NCBI GenBank assembly: GCA_046046695.1
Contig: JBJOJJ010000001.1
Coordinates: 65,802-129,801 of the forward strand
Length of the DNA: 64,000 nucleotides
Reading direction: 5' to 3'
Source of the DNA: Actinomycetota bacterium
GTDB lineage: Bacteria > Actinomycetota > Actinomycetes > Actinomycetales > Microbacteriaceae
Shown piece after piece: positions 38,892 through 50,402 of the stretch; positions within the stretch are counted from its first letter, which is position 1, and every line of letters starts with the position of its first letter. Made by a program: the position numbers and the translations under genes. The notes under the pieces are model-generated. The model was not told where the DNA came from, ran no database searches, and saw nothing but the letters and a program-made list of their open reading frames with translations.

Positions 38892-41779
38892 TGAAGCGCC
38901 TGTTTGGCATCTTTTCGGCTATTGCGCTGATTGCTGGTGGTCTGGTGGTACAACCGCCTGCTCAAACCCCAGCTCAAGCCGCCCCGCCTGGAAGCGCTTT
39001 TGATCCTGGTTTGATTATCAGCGACAGCGTCTTCTATGACTTTGGCACCATGACAGTTGCCCAAATCCAGGCGTTCTTGGACTCCAGGGTTGCTGAGTGT
39101 CGAGCGACAAATCCGGCACTTGATTGCCTAAAAAACATCAAAGTCGATATTCCCGCTACGCCTGCCACTGCTCCGGGTGCGGTTGGACCGTGCAAGGCCA
39201 TTGCGGCAAAGCCAGGAGCAAGCGCTGCCGAGGTAATTCACGCCATCTCCAACGCCTGCGGCATCAACCCCAAGGTTTTCATCGTCACGCTGCAAAAGGA
39301 ACAGGCGCTGGTTACCTCCACAAGACCAACCGACTACATGTATCGGGCGGCTATGGGATTTGGTTGCCCGGACAGTGACCCAGGCATCTGCGGCAAAGTA
39401 TTCACCGGTTTGTTTAACCAGCTATACATGGCTGCCCGACAGTTCCGCTGGTATGGCAACCCCGCGGGTTCGTTTACCTATTGGAAGCCTGGTCGGGTAG
39501 TCGCAATGCGTTACCACCCGAGGGCAGCCTGCGGCACAAAGACCTTTGAGTTGAAGAGCCAGGCAACCGCCAACCTCTACTACTACACGCCATACACCCC
39601 GAACGATGCGGCGCTGCGCAACCTTTACGGCACCGGTGACTCCTGCTCGGCATACGGCAATAGAAACTTTTGGCGCTTTTTCCACGATTGGTTTGGATCT
39701 CCGATTGGTGGCAGCTATCTGCTCAAATCCAGCACCAGTGAGACCTTCCTGATCGTAGACAATCTGCGCTACCGAGTCTCGGACAACAGGTTGCTGTCAT
39801 CGGTCAGGCCGCTGGGCCCAGAGGGAGTTATCTCCCAGGCCTATTTGGAGAGTTTTGAGAATAAGGGCGACCTATATCAGTTGGTTCGTCGCGGCACCAC
39901 AACCGAGTACTGGCTTTTGGTGGATGGTAAGCGCTACTCGCTCACCGACTGTAACTTGGCGAGGCAATTTGGCCTGAACTGTGACCTCGCGACCAGCCTC
40001 ACCGAAACGCAGTTGAATTTGTTTATTCGATCCGGTGCCCTAACGCGCTTGATTCAGACTCCAGAGGGCAATAGGTTCTGGGTGGAAAATGGCACCCGAC
40101 GTGCGGTGGTGGATGATTTGGCGCTGAACTCGGTCGGGGGTCAGGGTGTAAGCGTGAGTCCGATGGTTATCGAGCAGGTAGTGTCGCTGGTTCCTGGCGA
40201 GCCACTTGCGAGTGACCTAACTGTCTTTGGGCTGACCGGCACCGAAGATGTGGCACTGGCTTTTGGTGGCAAGAGTTATCGCATCTCGGCATCGCTTGCG
40301 AGCAGTATTGGCTTGGGTAAGTGGTTCACCAGCTCCAAGGTCAAGATTGATCAGCGATTGGTGTCAACAAGTTCTGGAGTCATTCGCGGTTTTGTCTCCA
40401 ACGCAGCTGGTCAGAACTTTGTGCTAACCGAAAACGGAAAGCTTCCGGTTTTGGACCCAGCGAACTGGACTAGCCAGCGCAGTGTGCTGCCTGATGCGGT
40501 CCTCAATAAGATCCCTACCGTCAATGGCACCCTCGCCGCACCGGCAGTGGTGACCAGCGCTGGAAACAAGCTCTCCTACTTTGTTCAGGGTGCTCAGCGT
40601 CGTTCGGTATCGGACAAGGCGATGACAGATCGGTTCCTGAAGCTAATTAGCCAATCCAAGGTCATCACCTTGCCGCTGTCGGCAATCAACACCGTGGAAA
40701 GTGTGGGCAATGGCTACGCACCTGGCTCACTGGTTCGTTCCTCCGGCGATAACACCGTCTTCCTGGTGGACGATCTAACCCGCAAGGTTCGACTTTCTTC
40801 TATGGACCAAGCTCGCAACGTCTCAGATTCCAAGATCTTCACCATCGACAGCGCAGATCTAGCCAAACTGCAGACCCGAACCGGATTCAACTCCATCAAG
40901 GTTCAGTGTGATGGGGCGACATATTTGATTGACGGTGGCACCCTCTATCCAATTTCCAGTGCGGGAGCAGATGAATTCCCGGGTAAGCCATATCCGCTAG
41001 CGGTATCAACCTGTGCCGGATTGAACATGGCATCAAAGCCGGTGGGGCAGTTCTTGCGAGATGCCACCGGCAGGCTGTTCTTTGTTGAAAACGGCACTCG
41101 AAGCCGGATTCGAAACTGGGCGCAATTCGGAGCGCTTAGGGGAGAGGGTCCTGGCTTTATCTCGGCATCGAGCTTCTTTGCCAGCCGTATTCCAGTGGCG
41201 GGAACGGCTCCAGCGACAGCTGTGCTGGCATCCTTTGAGAACACCCCAAGTGGAGTGTTTGAAGACTTCACCTTCCTAGGATCAGTGCCTGTTGTCACCA
41301 CCCCTACGGTTTCACCAACGCCCAAGCCGACTCCCAAGCCAACCGCTTCGGCTACCGCGTCACCAAAGCCAACTCCGAAACCCACGGTCTCACCAACTGT
41401 TTCTCCAACGCCAAAACCGTCACCAACCACTTCGGCAACCACTTCAGGGTTTGTGACATACCAGGTCAAAACCGGTGACACATTGGCTTTGATTGCGACC
41501 AGGTTTGGTGTCACGGTAGCCAGGATTCAGGCAGCCAACGCGATGGGAACCTCCATCACGATTCGAGTCGGCCAGAGCTTAAGAATTCCTACGACGGTAA
41601 GTTCATCGCCAGCTGTGACAACCTCACCAACGATTCGGACCTACACCGTGGTAGCCGGCGATACGCTGACCGGAATTGCCCGCAAGCTTGGGGTGAGCGC
41701 GACCGCGCTAGCTGAGCTAAATGGCATTACCAACCCGAATCTACTGCGGGTGGGTCAGGTTCTAAAGGTTCCTAGCTAG
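38891..41779 (+). CDS. Large secreted cell-surface protein: Cys-rich N-terminal putative muralytic domain, internal beta repeats, Pro/Thr linker, two LysM domains
   Basis: Signal peptide (AQA); two LysM domains ([26 protein letters not shown]...GQVLKVP); recurring (Y/F)(L/W)VxxGxR units. Confidence 0.85.
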   Translation: MKRLFGIFSAIALIAGGLVVQPPAQTPAQAAPPGSAFDPGLIISDSVFYDFGTMTVAQIQAFLDSRVAECRATNPALDCLKNIKVDIPATPATAPGAVGPCKAIAAKPGASAAEVIHAISNACGINPKVFIVTLQKEQALVTSTRPTDYMYRAAMGFGCPDSDPGICGKVFTGLFNQLYMAARQFRWYGNPAGSFTYWKPGRVVAMRYHPRAACGTKTFELKSQATANLYYYTPYTPNDAALRNLYGTGDSCSAYGNRNFWRFFHDWFGSPIGGSYLLKSSTSETFLIVDNLRYRVSDNRLLSSVRPLGPEGVISQAYLESFENKGDLYQLVRRGTTTEYWLLVDGKRYSLTDCNLARQFGLNCDLATSLTETQLNLFIRSGALTRLIQTPEGNRFWVENGTRRAVVDDLALNSVGGQGVSVSPMVIEQVVSLVPGEPLASDLTVFGLTGTEDVALAFGGKSYRISASLASSIGLGKWFTSSKVKIDQRLVSTSSGVIRGFVSNAAGQNFVLTENGKLPVLDPANWTSQRSVLPDAVLNKIPTVNGTLAAPAVVTSAGNKLSYFVQGAQRRSVSDKAMTDRFLKLISQSKVITLPLSAINTVESVGNGYAPGSLVRSSGDNTVFLVDDLTRKVRLSSMDQARNVSDSKIFTIDSADLAKLQTRTGFNSIKVQCDGATYLIDGGTLYPISSAGADEFPGKPYPLAVSTCAGLNMASKPVGQFLRDATGRLFFVENGTRSRIRNWAQFGALRGEGPGFISASSFFASRIPVAGTAPATAVLASFENTPSGVFEDFTFLGSVPVVTTPTVSPTPKPTPKPTASATASPKPTPKPTVSPTVSPTPKPSPTTSATTSGFVTYQVKTGDTLALIATRFGVTVARIQAANAMGTSITIRVGQSLRIPTTVSSSPAVTTSPTIRTYTVVAGDTLTGIARKLGVSATALAELNGITNPNLLRVGQVLKVPS
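41296..41445 (+). repeat. Low-complexity Pro/Thr linker repeats (TPKP, TVSP)
   Basis: Degenerate tandem codons encoding [14 protein letters not shown]...[22 protein letters not shown]. Confidence 0.7.
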
Positions 41780-42722
41780 CATCCCAAGCCGACTGCACAA
41801 TCGCAGCCAGGTCATGCTTAGTTCTAAATCCGAACTCGTTGTCAATGCGGGAAACATCAGCCACCAATCGAGGTGGATCGCCAGCTCGGCGCTCGCCGAG
41901 AGCAATCTCAAAATCGATGCCGCTGGCTACCTTCAGCGCAGATAGCACCTCGATAACCGAGGCTCCAACACCGGTGCCGACATTGAAGGTGTTGTACTTT
42001 TGACCCTCGCCAACCAAATACTTGACTGCCGCTAGGTGTGCCATCGCGAGATCCTCGACGTGTAGGTAGTCGCGAATGCAACTGCCGTCCGGGGTTGGGT
42101 AGTCGGTGCCAAAGACAATTGGAGCCTTACCGGCCTTGATCGCATTGATGGCAATTGGAATAAGGTTTAGGGCCGCAGTGTCGGCTAGGTCACTTGCGCC
42201 AGCGCCAGCAACATTGAAATAGCGCAGGTTTACGCCCTTGAGTCCCCAGACCTTGGCGTTCTGGACCATCTGCTCGCCAATTAACTTGGTCTGGCCATAT
42301 GGATTGATTGGCACACCGGGGTAGTCCTCGGTGACCTTGTCCACATCTGGCATGCCATAGGTGGCGGCCGAGGAGGAGAAAACCAGAGATTTCAGGCCAA
42401 CCTCGCGCATAGCAAGCAGCAGATTGCCCAAACCACCCAGGTTCTCTAGGAAATATTCCTCTGGTTTTTCAACAGATTCGCCGACCTGTTTTCTGGCAGC
42501 CAGGTGAATTACGGAGTCAAACTGCTCCGCCTTCATCAGCCTCACCAGTTGAGCGACTGCGTCTTTCGAGGCAAGATCGAGCTCGACCACCGGGCAGCTA
42601 ATCCGCTTGGTAAGGCCTGTGGAGAGGTTGTCGACCACGACGCAGCTATGGCCGGCGGCTTCAGCCGCTCTGACAACGTGAGATCCGATGTAGCCTGCGC
42701 CACCAGTTACCAATAACTTCAT
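41772..42722 (-). CDS. galE: UDP-glucose 4-epimerase
   Basis: [38 protein letters not shown]. Confidence 0.95.
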   Translation of the reverse strand: MKLLVTGGAGYIGSHVVRAAEAAGHSCVVVDNLSTGLTKRISCPVVELDLASKDAVAQLVRLMKAEQFDSVIHLAARKQVGESVEKPEEYFLENLGGLGNLLLAMREVGLKSLVFSSSAATYGMPDVDKVTEDYPGVPINPYGQTKLIGEQMVQNAKVWGLKGVNLRYFNVAGAGASDLADTAALNLIPIAINAIKAGKAPIVFGTDYPTPDGSCIRDYLHVEDLAMAHLAAVKYLVGEGQKYNTFNVGTGVGASVIEVLSALKVASGIDFEIALGERRAGDPPRLVADVSRIDNEFGFRTKHDLAAIVQSAWDAS

Positions 42723-42780
42723 GGCTCAAGGCTACCTTGAGGCTTTGCTAACAATTTGTCTTCAGCGGAATAATTCGAAC

Positions 42781-42816
42781 TTGACAAGGGCATAATTACA
42801 CCGATGTAATTACATC
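42781..42816 (+). promoter_or_regulatory. whiB promoter with palindromic operator
   Basis: TTGACA at 42781; inverted repeat TAATTACA-ccga-TGTAATTA at 42793-42812. Confidence 0.75.
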
Positions 42817-42847
42817 AACGAGATTCAAAGGATTAGGGGTTATAGGC

Positions 42848-43153
42848 ATGGAACAAAGAGGTCAGGTGCCTGCTAACTGGTTCGTCGATGTGCTCAAGCT
42901 GGGGGTTGCTGGAGCTTACTCCGATGGCGAGTCAGATCCATTAGCTTGGCAAGAAGATGCTCTTTGCTCCCAGACCGACCCAGAGGCCTTCTTCCCTGAA
43001 AAGGGTGGCTCCACTCGCGATGCCAAGCGCATTTGTGCTCAGTGCACCGTAAAGAGCGAGTGCTTGGAATACGCACTAAAGAACGACGAGCGCTTCGGTA
43101 TCTGGGGTGGCCTCAGCGAGCGCGAGCGTCGCCGTCTGCGCAGGCGCGCCTAA
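42848..43153 (+). CDS. whiB: WhiB family Fe-S transcription factor (WhiB2/WhmD orthologue)
   Basis: WQEDALCSQTDPEAFFPEKGGSTRDAKRIC..C...C, GIWGGLSERER. Confidence 0.96.
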   Translation: MEQRGQVPANWFVDVLKLGVAGAYSDGESDPLAWQEDALCSQTDPEAFFPEKGGSTRDAKRICAQCTVKSECLEYALKNDERFGIWGGLSERERRRLRRRA

Positions 43154-43159
43154 GTTATC

Positions 43160-45760
43160 GTGGGTTCGCTCTCGGTAGCGGCCATAGTCGTTTCTCACGC
43201 TCAAGCCGATTTACTTGCTAGATCTCTTGCCGCACTAAGCGAACAAACCCACCCCATTCAACAGGTGATGGTTGTTGAAACCGCAGGCGATCAGACATCA
43301 ATCGACCTTGCCCTTAGTTTTGGGTTTTCAGTCATTGAACCCGGCCCGCTCAAATTAGGTGCCGCGATTCAGGCCGGCATCAATTCACTTTCCGAAACCC
43401 CAGGCTGGATCTGGGTGCTTCATGAGGATGCCATTCCAGAACCTGATGCACTGAAGTACCTCTCGCAAGCCGCTGAGATCTCGCCATCGGTTGCGATTAT
43501 CGGTCCAAAGCTTTTGGAGTTGGACAACTCGATTCAAATTCAGCAGCTTGGACTAACGGTTACGCCCACCGGCAGACCTTTTCTATTGGTTCAACGCGAG
43601 TACGACCAGGGTCAACATGACCGTGCCGGCGACACTCTGGCGGTATCGACCGCCGGTATGTTGGTTTCGCTGGGCGTTTGGCAGCAGCTCGGTGGCCTAG
43701 ACGATTCGACCCCGGTTTTGGCGCAGGATCTGGAGTTTTGTGCCAAGGCGCGAGTAGCCGGGTATCGAGTGGTGGTTGAGGCCAACTCCAGGGTGCATCA
43801 CGCCGGTCTTTCGATGCAGGGTAAGCGCCCTAAGAGCTGGCTTTCTGGAAGCTTTAGCCAGGCAATCTCCCGCGCGCACCTGCACTTCGCAACCTTGTAT
43901 TTGCCGGCTGCTTTGGTGTTTCTCACCTACTTACTGCTGCCGCTGATGGTCTTGCTTGCCATCCCGCAAAATCTGCTCCAAAAGCGCCCCGGTCGGACAA
44001 TCGCACAGTTTTCCGGATGGATTTGGGCTTGGTTCTCTTTCCCAACTCGATTCGCCGCACGTAAGCGATTCCGCGAACTTGGTTCAATAAAGCCTCTAAA
44101 GACGCTGATTGCGACCCGTGCTCAAAGAGCACAAAGGCGCAAAGCGAAGTTTGAGGTCGAGCCAGAGCAAAGCTTGGACTCTCAACGGCCAGGCATCTTT
44201 AGAAGTAACTCGGCATGGTTTGCGCTACTGCCGCTGATTGTTTCGATTCAGCTGTTTCCGCAGGGTGCGATAACCGCCAATGGACTTTTGCCACTTGGCT
44301 CGAATTTGAATTCGCTGCTGCCTTTTGTTGCCGCCAACTCACTGCCGATGCTGGATTCAGTGGCTCTGCCTACCGACCCATTTAACTGGTGGTTGTTGCT
44401 GGCCGCTCTAATCTGGCCGAGCGATCCTTCAGTGGGCTTTGCCGCCTTGGTTTTTCTCGCCACCAGCATTGCGTTTTTCGGAGCTTGGCAATTGGGCAAG
44501 CTTTTTATCAATAAGCCCTGGGTCATAACGGTAATCGCGCTTGGTTATTCACTCAGCCCGCAGCTTTTGACTTTGAAGTCTGGCATTGCGGTAGTTGAGC
44601 TGACCGCCTCGGCCCTAATCCCTTGGACTCTTTTCTTCCTGGTCAGAGCCATTCAAGCGTTCAATAGTGCGAGGTCATGGCGCTGGGTTGGATTGCTCGG
44701 GCTTAGCTTGGGGCTGCTGGCGGCATCTTCCTCGCTGCTGTTTAGCCTTTTGGCTGTAACGGTAGTGATCGCAGCGATCTCCCACCCCAAGCGCGGTCTG
44801 ATTCTGATATGGGCACTGCTACCGGGCCTCGCAGTCCTCTACCCGCTTTTCTGGTATGCCTTCGAGACTCAAAACTGGCTGGCGATCGCCAGCGTTAGTG
44901 CGCACGCTCACCCCCCGATCGAAGTGCTTGGCCTTTTAAATCTGGTGGTCCTCGGAGTGCTAATTCTGATTGCGCTACCTAGTTGGTTCCTCGCGGGCGC
45001 GAAGGTAACCACCAGCTTTTTCGGTTTCGCGATTGCCGCTTTGTGCCTAAGCGCTATTCAGCCTCAGTCTTCGAGTGCGCCACTGGTATTGGCGGCTCTG
45101 CTTGCCCTGCTGCTGCTTTCAGGCTTGAGTCTTGAGAGCGTACGACCAAAGTTCGCTAAGGCTCTAATCGCTGCCACCTCGGTTGCGGCGGCGCTTTATT
45201 CCGGATACAGCTTTGGCTTTACCAATCAAGTTGACCCAAGCTGGAAATCTTCTCGGGTAGTGCCCGCGCTGGTGGTTGCTGCCAGCGAGCAGGATCCGAA
45301 TCTTAGAACCTTGGTGTTAGAGGTAGACGATCTGGTTCGTGCTACCTACCTCTGGGGCAGCGGTCAAAAGCTCGAGATGTCATCAGTTTTATTGGCAAGT
45401 AATCCGCCAAAGTCTGAACTTCAGGAACCGCTTGCCGAAATCGCAGCCAATTTGATTGCTGGTAACCAGGACAAACTGGCGCCGCTTTTGACAAAGACTC
45501 GAATCGACTTTGTGTTGCTTCGAACTCCTAATCCCGAGATTGAGGTCGGGATCTCCAGTCTGGATATCCTGCAGCCTGCAGGCGCTACTTCCTACGGCGT
45601 GCTTTGGCGGGTGGCAAGCGATAACAAGGCAGCTTCGCCGATTGTTGAATCCGATCCAGTTCGGCCATGGCAATTCGGCGTAGTGGCAGCGTTCGCTCTG
45701 CTGGCTCTGCCAACCAGGGCGGCAATCCTTGGTCGACGTCGAAAGAGTGCGGTGAAATGA
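43160..45760 (+). CDS. GT2 family glycosyltransferase fused to a multi-TM domain
   Basis: WIWVLHED, GPKL, GGLDD...DLEFC; many C-terminal TM segments; conserved position after whiB. Confidence 0.85.
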   Translation: MGSLSVAAIVVSHAQADLLARSLAALSEQTHPIQQVMVVETAGDQTSIDLALSFGFSVIEPGPLKLGAAIQAGINSLSETPGWIWVLHEDAIPEPDALKYLSQAAEISPSVAIIGPKLLELDNSIQIQQLGLTVTPTGRPFLLVQREYDQGQHDRAGDTLAVSTAGMLVSLGVWQQLGGLDDSTPVLAQDLEFCAKARVAGYRVVVEANSRVHHAGLSMQGKRPKSWLSGSFSQAISRAHLHFATLYLPAALVFLTYLLLPLMVLLAIPQNLLQKRPGRTIAQFSGWIWAWFSFPTRFAARKRFRELGSIKPLKTLIATRAQRAQRRKAKFEVEPEQSLDSQRPGIFRSNSAWFALLPLIVSIQLFPQGAITANGLLPLGSNLNSLLPFVAANSLPMLDSVALPTDPFNWWLLLAALIWPSDPSVGFAALVFLATSIAFFGAWQLGKLFINKPWVITVIALGYSLSPQLLTLKSGIAVVELTASALIPWTLFFLVRAIQAFNSARSWRWVGLLGLSLGLLAASSSLLFSLLAVTVVIAAISHPKRGLILIWALLPGLAVLYPLFWYAFETQNWLAIASVSAHAHPPIEVLGLLNLVVLGVLILIALPSWFLAGAKVTTSFFGFAIAALCLSAIQPQSSSAPLVLAALLALLLLSGLSLESVRPKFAKALIAATSVAAALYSGYSFGFTNQVDPSWKSSRVVPALVVAASEQDPNLRTLVLEVDDLVRATYLWGSGQKLEMSSVLLASNPPKSELQEPLAEIAANLIAGNQDKLAPLLTKTRIDFVLLRTPNPEIEVGISSLDILQPAGATSYGVLWRVASDNKAASPIVESDPVRPWQFGVVAAFALLALPTRAAILGRRRKSAVK

Positions 45761-47076
45761 AGCTAGCAATTCGCATTCTCGGTCTAACCATTTCGCTAGC
45801 CGGTCTGGCTGGAGCTTGGTTTATTCAGGGAGTCCCGCTGCCTTCGGTATCTGCGGTCTCGCAAGAGCCGCTAGCGGTGACGACCGACGCCAAGCCGCTG
45901 CAGCTTTATTGCCCAGGCCCACTGGTTGAACTTGGCGGCAAGGACGGCACCGACCTTGGTTCGCTGGCGCTGGTTGGCAAAGCAAATATCAGTTACCGCC
46001 TTGGAGCTGGCAGCCTGGCCGCAGAACCAGCGCGTCGAGTTGAAGCCGGCACCGCCATCACCATGGCAAGTAAAGAACAGGGCTCGGCGACCTTAGCTGC
46101 GGCCCAGAGTCAGCTGATTCAAAGGCCTCGAATGGCAGGTCTCGCTGCTACCGACTGCGGCCAACCTCAGGCCGAGGGCTGGCTGCTGAATGGTCTGGCT
46201 GGCTCCGGCTTTGAAAGCATTTTGCTGGTGGCAAACCCGAACCCAGTTGAAGTTCAAGTTCAGCTGACTTTCCACCTTTCCACCTCGACCACCTCTCAGT
46301 TGATTACGCTGGCGCCGCTTTCTACGCAGCAACTATCGATTGCGAGTTTCGTTGAGGCTGAGCCGCAGTTTGCGATTCACTTCCAAAGCTCCGGGCAAAA
46401 GGTGTCGGTGGCGCTACAAAATCGTTCGAGCGTTGGCCTGAGCGCTACCGGAGTCGAGCTTGTTGATCCAACCTCGGCTGCCGCCGAATCTCAAGTAATC
46501 CCCGGCTTTGAGATTCTGGCTGACGGACTGGCAGATCCGAGTCTGAGAATTTTCAACCCTGGCACTGACCCAACCACTGCGCTTGTCACGTTTGTGGGAT
46601 CGGGAACCAACAGCGATGTGGTGAGTGTCGAGCTACCGGCCGGTGGTTTTGAGCTGGTTGCGCCCAAGTTGGCAGCAGGGAGTTATTTGGTTCTGATCGA
46701 AGCCGAATCTGAGGTCATGGCCGAGCTCTACAACCCATATGTTGGTGAGAATTTCGACTTTGCTTGGCTTTCTCCGGTAGCGGCTAAGACTGGAAAATCT
46801 GCGATGGCGATTCCTGGCTATGCGGCGAAGTTGGCGCTGGCAAATCCGGGCGATCAAACGGTGAATCTCATTTTGACTTTAGATTCCAGATCTCAAGCGC
46901 TAGCAATACCGGCGCGTTCGCAGTTGTTGGTAAACGTCTCGGGTAAGTCTCTGGCCTTGGATTCTGGAGACAAATACTTTGCGAATTTGATTCTCACCGA
47001 CCCCAAGGGTTATGCCGTCATTTCGGTGGGGGAGAACGCTAACCTCGGGTCAGATATTCAGGTGGTTGTCCGCTAG
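45757..47076 (+). CDS. Membrane-anchored extracellular protein (DUF5719-like)
   Basis: N-terminal TM, CPGP, repeated xxNP beta motifs; ATGA overlap with the GT gene. Confidence 0.72.
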   Translation: MKLAIRILGLTISLAGLAGAWFIQGVPLPSVSAVSQEPLAVTTDAKPLQLYCPGPLVELGGKDGTDLGSLALVGKANISYRLGAGSLAAEPARRVEAGTAITMASKEQGSATLAAAQSQLIQRPRMAGLAATDCGQPQAEGWLLNGLAGSGFESILLVANPNPVEVQVQLTFHLSTSTTSQLITLAPLSTQQLSIASFVEAEPQFAIHFQSSGQKVSVALQNRSSVGLSATGVELVDPTSAAAESQVIPGFEILADGLADPSLRIFNPGTDPTTALVTFVGSGTNSDVVSVELPAGGFELVAPKLAAGSYLVLIEAESEVMAELYNPYVGENFDFAWLSPVAAKTGKSAMAIPGYAAKLALANPGDQTVNLILTLDSRSQALAIPARSQLLVNVSGKSLALDSGDKYFANLILTDPKGYAVISVGENANLGSDIQVVVR

Positions 47077-47465
47077 TGCGGATGCATCAGTTCCCAGGGG
47101 TCCTTATCAATTAGCGATGCTGCCGCGGAGATCACGGCGTGCTCGATGTGCATTCTGGGATCCGGCAAGCGTTGGCGACCAAATCGCTCAATCGGAATGC
47201 GATACAGGGTGATGGTCATCGATGTTTTATTGACGCTGAAGCGTTTGACTGGTTCGCCATCGACAATTGCCGGAACGTCTTCGATGCGCCACTTGAGAGC
47301 TTCAAACTCCTTTGGATAGCTCTCCTGAAGGTATTCGCAGGTTTCCTGAACCACTGATTCAAAGAAGCCCAAACGGGCTACCCCAAAGTGAAAAAGCTTG
47401 GAGGGCAGTGGTCTGCGCAATCCGCGACCGTGTCGGTCTCGGTGGCTTCCGGCCCTGATTCCCAT
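47073..47465 (-). CDS. Zincin-like protein (DUF1025-like, metal motif degenerate)
   Basis: RDRHGRGLR N-terminus, EDVP, ITLYRIPIE; leaderless-type TACAAT-N6-ATG start. Confidence 0.75.
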   Translation of the reverse strand: MGIRAGSHRDRHGRGLRRPLPSKLFHFGVARLGFFESVVQETCEYLQESYPKEFEALKWRIEDVPAIVDGEPVKRFSVNKTSMTITLYRIPIERFGRQRLPDPRMHIEHAVISAAASLIDKDPWELMHPH

Positions 47466-47512
47466 TGGCTCATTGTATTCTTGGCACGCTAAAGCCAAAG
47501 AGAGTTCTCGCT

Positions 47513-48913
47513 GTGATCAATTTCAAAGACTTCGTAAAGACCTATGACGTTCGTGGTTTGGTTGGGTCGCAACTAACCGAAGCCGTGGTTGCCGCCTTTG
47601 GTGCGGCCTTTGTGGATGAGCTGGAGCTTGCGGGCAAGCAGCTGGTAATTGGTCACGATATGCGAGACAGCTCCCCGGAGTTCGCAGCAGCATTTGCCTC
47701 AGGAGCATCTAAGCGCGGAGGCAATCCACTTATGCTCGGGCTTTGCTCAACCGACATGACCTACTTTGCCTCCGGCAAGTTGGATTTGCCATCGGTGATG
47801 TTTACCGCCAGCCACAACCCAGCCAGCTACAACGGCATGAAGTTCTCGCGGGCCGGAGCCAAAGGCATTGGCCTGGATTCTGGATTGGCTGCAATTAGAG
47901 ACCGCGCACAGAGCTACTTTGACAGCCAGATCGAAGCGGTAGCGGCTCTCGGTGTGGTCGAAGAGATAAACCTCACTCGTGAGTATGTCGAATACCTTCG
48001 TAAGTTGGTCGACCTTTCCCAGACTCGCAGGCTCAAGATTGTGGTTGATGCGGCAAACGGCATGGGTGGCTTTACCGTTCCACTGGTGCTTGAGGATGCG
48101 GCCGGACTTCCGGCTTTGAATCTGGAAATCGTGCCGCTGTATTTTGAACTCGATGGCACCTTCCCAAACCACGAGGCTAATCCCCTCCAGGTCGAGAACC
48201 TAAGGGACCTGCAGCGTGCGGTTGTTGAGCACGGCGCAGATCTAGGTCTGGCGTTTGACGGCGATGCCGATCGCTGCTTCGCGGTTGATGAAAAAGGTGG
48301 CCTGGTTAGCCCATCGGCGCTCGCAGCTATCGTTTCGATTCGCGAAATTGAGCGCGTGAAGGCACTTGGCGAAACTGATATCACCGTGTTGCACAACCTC
48401 TTGACCTCGAAGGTGGTCGAGGAGCGCATCAAGCAGGCTGGCGCTTCGCCAGTGCGCACCAAGGTTGGTCACTCGCTAATCAAGGAGCAGATGGCCGCCA
48501 CCCATGCGGTCTTTGGTGGCGAGCACTCCGCTCACTACTACTTCCGCGACTTCTGGGGAGCGGATAACGGCATGCTGGCAGCGCTACACCTAATCAGCGA
48601 ACTCGGCGCTTACCAGGGCTCGATGAGTGAACTTTCCAAGAGCTTTAGCCCTTATTTCTCTTCCGGTGAGATCAACTCAACCGTTTCGGATGTGCCGGCC
48701 GCTATTGAGCGACTAAAGACTAGGTTCCCTGACTGCTCGGTGGAGCAGTTTGATGGTTACACATTCAGCTTTGGCGACAAGGAAAATTGGTTCTGGTTCA
48801 ATGTTCGTTCGTCAAACACCGAACCATTGCTTAGACTTAACGTCGAATCAAACCACGAGGCCTCGATGGAAAAGATTCGTGACCAAGCCATCACTGCGAT
48901 CAGAAATGGCTAA
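47513..48913 (+). CDS. manB: Phosphomannomutase/phosphoglucomutase
   Basis: YDVRG, TASHNP, FDGDADR, GGEHSAH, RSSNTEP. Confidence 0.94.
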   Translation: MINFKDFVKTYDVRGLVGSQLTEAVVAAFGAAFVDELELAGKQLVIGHDMRDSSPEFAAAFASGASKRGGNPLMLGLCSTDMTYFASGKLDLPSVMFTASHNPASYNGMKFSRAGAKGIGLDSGLAAIRDRAQSYFDSQIEAVAALGVVEEINLTREYVEYLRKLVDLSQTRRLKIVVDAANGMGGFTVPLVLEDAAGLPALNLEIVPLYFELDGTFPNHEANPLQVENLRDLQRAVVEHGADLGLAFDGDADRCFAVDEKGGLVSPSALAAIVSIREIERVKALGETDITVLHNLLTSKVVEERIKQAGASPVRTKVGHSLIKEQMAATHAVFGGEHSAHYYFRDFWGADNGMLAALHLISELGAYQGSMSELSKSFSPYFSSGEINSTVSDVPAAIERLKTRFPDCSVEQFDGYTFSFGDKENWFWFNVRSSNTEPLLRLNVESNHEASMEKIRDQAITAIRNG

Positions 48914-48933
48914 ACCGATTCGAGAGGCCGCAA

Positions 48934-50388
48934 ATGTCCCAAACCCTCACTCAGATCGACTTTAAAGTCGCTGACTTATCGCTTGCCGAATCCGGCAGAC
49001 ACCAGATTCGTCTCGCCGAAGCAGAGATGCCAGGCCTTATGGCACTGCGCAAAGAATTCGGACCATCGCAACCGCTAAAGGGTGCCCGTATTGCGGGATC
49101 ACTGCACATGACCGTGCAGACCGCAGTTTTGATCGAGACCCTGAAGGCTCTTGGTGCTTCGGTGCGCTGGGCAAGCTGCAACATTTACTCCACTCAGGAC
49201 GAGGCTGCGGCTGCCGTGGTGGTTGGTTCTGGCACCACCCAGCAGCCGGCGGGAACTCCAGTATTTGCCTGGAAGGGTGAGAACCTAGAGGAGTACTGGT
49301 GGTGCACCGAGAAGATTTTTGATTTTTCTTCCGAGGGCTTTGACGGTCCAAACCTGATCTTGGATGACGGTGGCGATGCCACCCTATTGGTTCACAAGGG
49401 TGTGGAGTTTGAGGCTGCCGGTTCGGTACCTCCTGCTGGCCTCGATGATTCTGAGGAGTACCGAGTCATTCTTGAGGTGCTGCGCGAATCGCTAAAGCGT
49501 GATGGCAGTTACTTCACCCGAATCGCCAAAGAGATCAAGGGTGTTTCTGAGGAGACCACCACCGGTGTTCATAGGCTGTATGAGTTTGCCAAGAACGGCA
49601 CCTTACTATTCCCAGCCATCAACGTAAACGACGCGGTCACCAAGTCGAAGTTTGACAATAAGTACGGCATTCGTCACTCGCTACCTGATGGCCTAAACCG
49701 TGCCACCGATGTGCTGATGGGCGGCAAGGTTTGCTTCGTTGCCGGCTACGGCGATGTCGGTAAGGGCTGTGCCGAAGCACTTCGTGGTCAGGGTGCCAGA
49801 GTTATCGTCTCGGAGATCGATCCAATTTGCGCTCTTCAAGCTGCGATGGATGGTTTCCAGGTTGCCACCTTGGAGGATGTCATCGACCAGGTTGACATTT
49901 TCATTACCGCAACCGGTAACGAGAATGTGATTCGCCCAGAGCACCTGGCGAAGATGAAGAACCTTGCGATTTTGGCCAACGTCGGACACTTCGACAACGA
50001 AATCGATATGGCTGGAATCAGCAAGATGCCAGGTGTGGTGAAGGTTGAAATCAAGCCTCAGGTTCACGAGTGGCGTCTGCCAAACGGCAATGCGGTTTTG
50101 ATTCTGTCCGAGGGTCGCCTTATGAACCTAGGTAACGCCACCGGTCACCCAAGCTTTGTGATGTCGACATCGTTCTCGAACCAGGTGTTGGCTCAAATTG
50201 AGCTTTACCTGCGCTCAGCGGAGTACGGCATCGGCGTCCACATCATGCCTAAGGAGCTCGATGAGAAGGTCGCCAGGTTGCACTTAGACGCGCTTGGTGT
50301 AAAACTGACTCAACTAACCGAGCGTCAGGCACGCTACATTGGAGTAAATGTGGCGGGTCCTTACAAGGTGGATCACTACCGTTACTAG
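48934..50388 (+). CDS. ahcY: Adenosylhomocysteinase
   Basis: [35 protein letters not shown]. Confidence 0.98.
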   Translation: MSQTLTQIDFKVADLSLAESGRHQIRLAEAEMPGLMALRKEFGPSQPLKGARIAGSLHMTVQTAVLIETLKALGASVRWASCNIYSTQDEAAAAVVVGSGTTQQPAGTPVFAWKGENLEEYWWCTEKIFDFSSEGFDGPNLILDDGGDATLLVHKGVEFEAAGSVPPAGLDDSEEYRVILEVLRESLKRDGSYFTRIAKEIKGVSEETTTGVHRLYEFAKNGTLLFPAINVNDAVTKSKFDNKYGIRHSLPDGLNRATDVLMGGKVCFVAGYGDVGKGCAEALRGQGARVIVSEIDPICALQAAMDGFQVATLEDVIDQVDIFITATGNENVIRPEHLAKMKNLAILANVGHFDNEIDMAGISKMPGVVKVEIKPQVHEWRLPNGNAVLILSEGRLMNLGNATGHPSFVMSTSFSNQVLAQIELYLRSAEYGIGVHIMPKELDEKVARLHLDALGVKLTQLTERQARYIGVNVAGPYKVDHYRY

Positions 50389-50402
50389 CTGGAGGTTGTG
50401 CA

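Noticed and set aside
41296-41445. CRISPR-like or VNTR array
   Set aside because: Repeats are degenerate at synonymous positions and encode a Pro/Thr linker; no spacers and no cas genes
48914-48933. SAH riboswitch upstream of ahcY
   Set aside because: Only 20 nt separate manB and ahcY; no aptamer consensus seen
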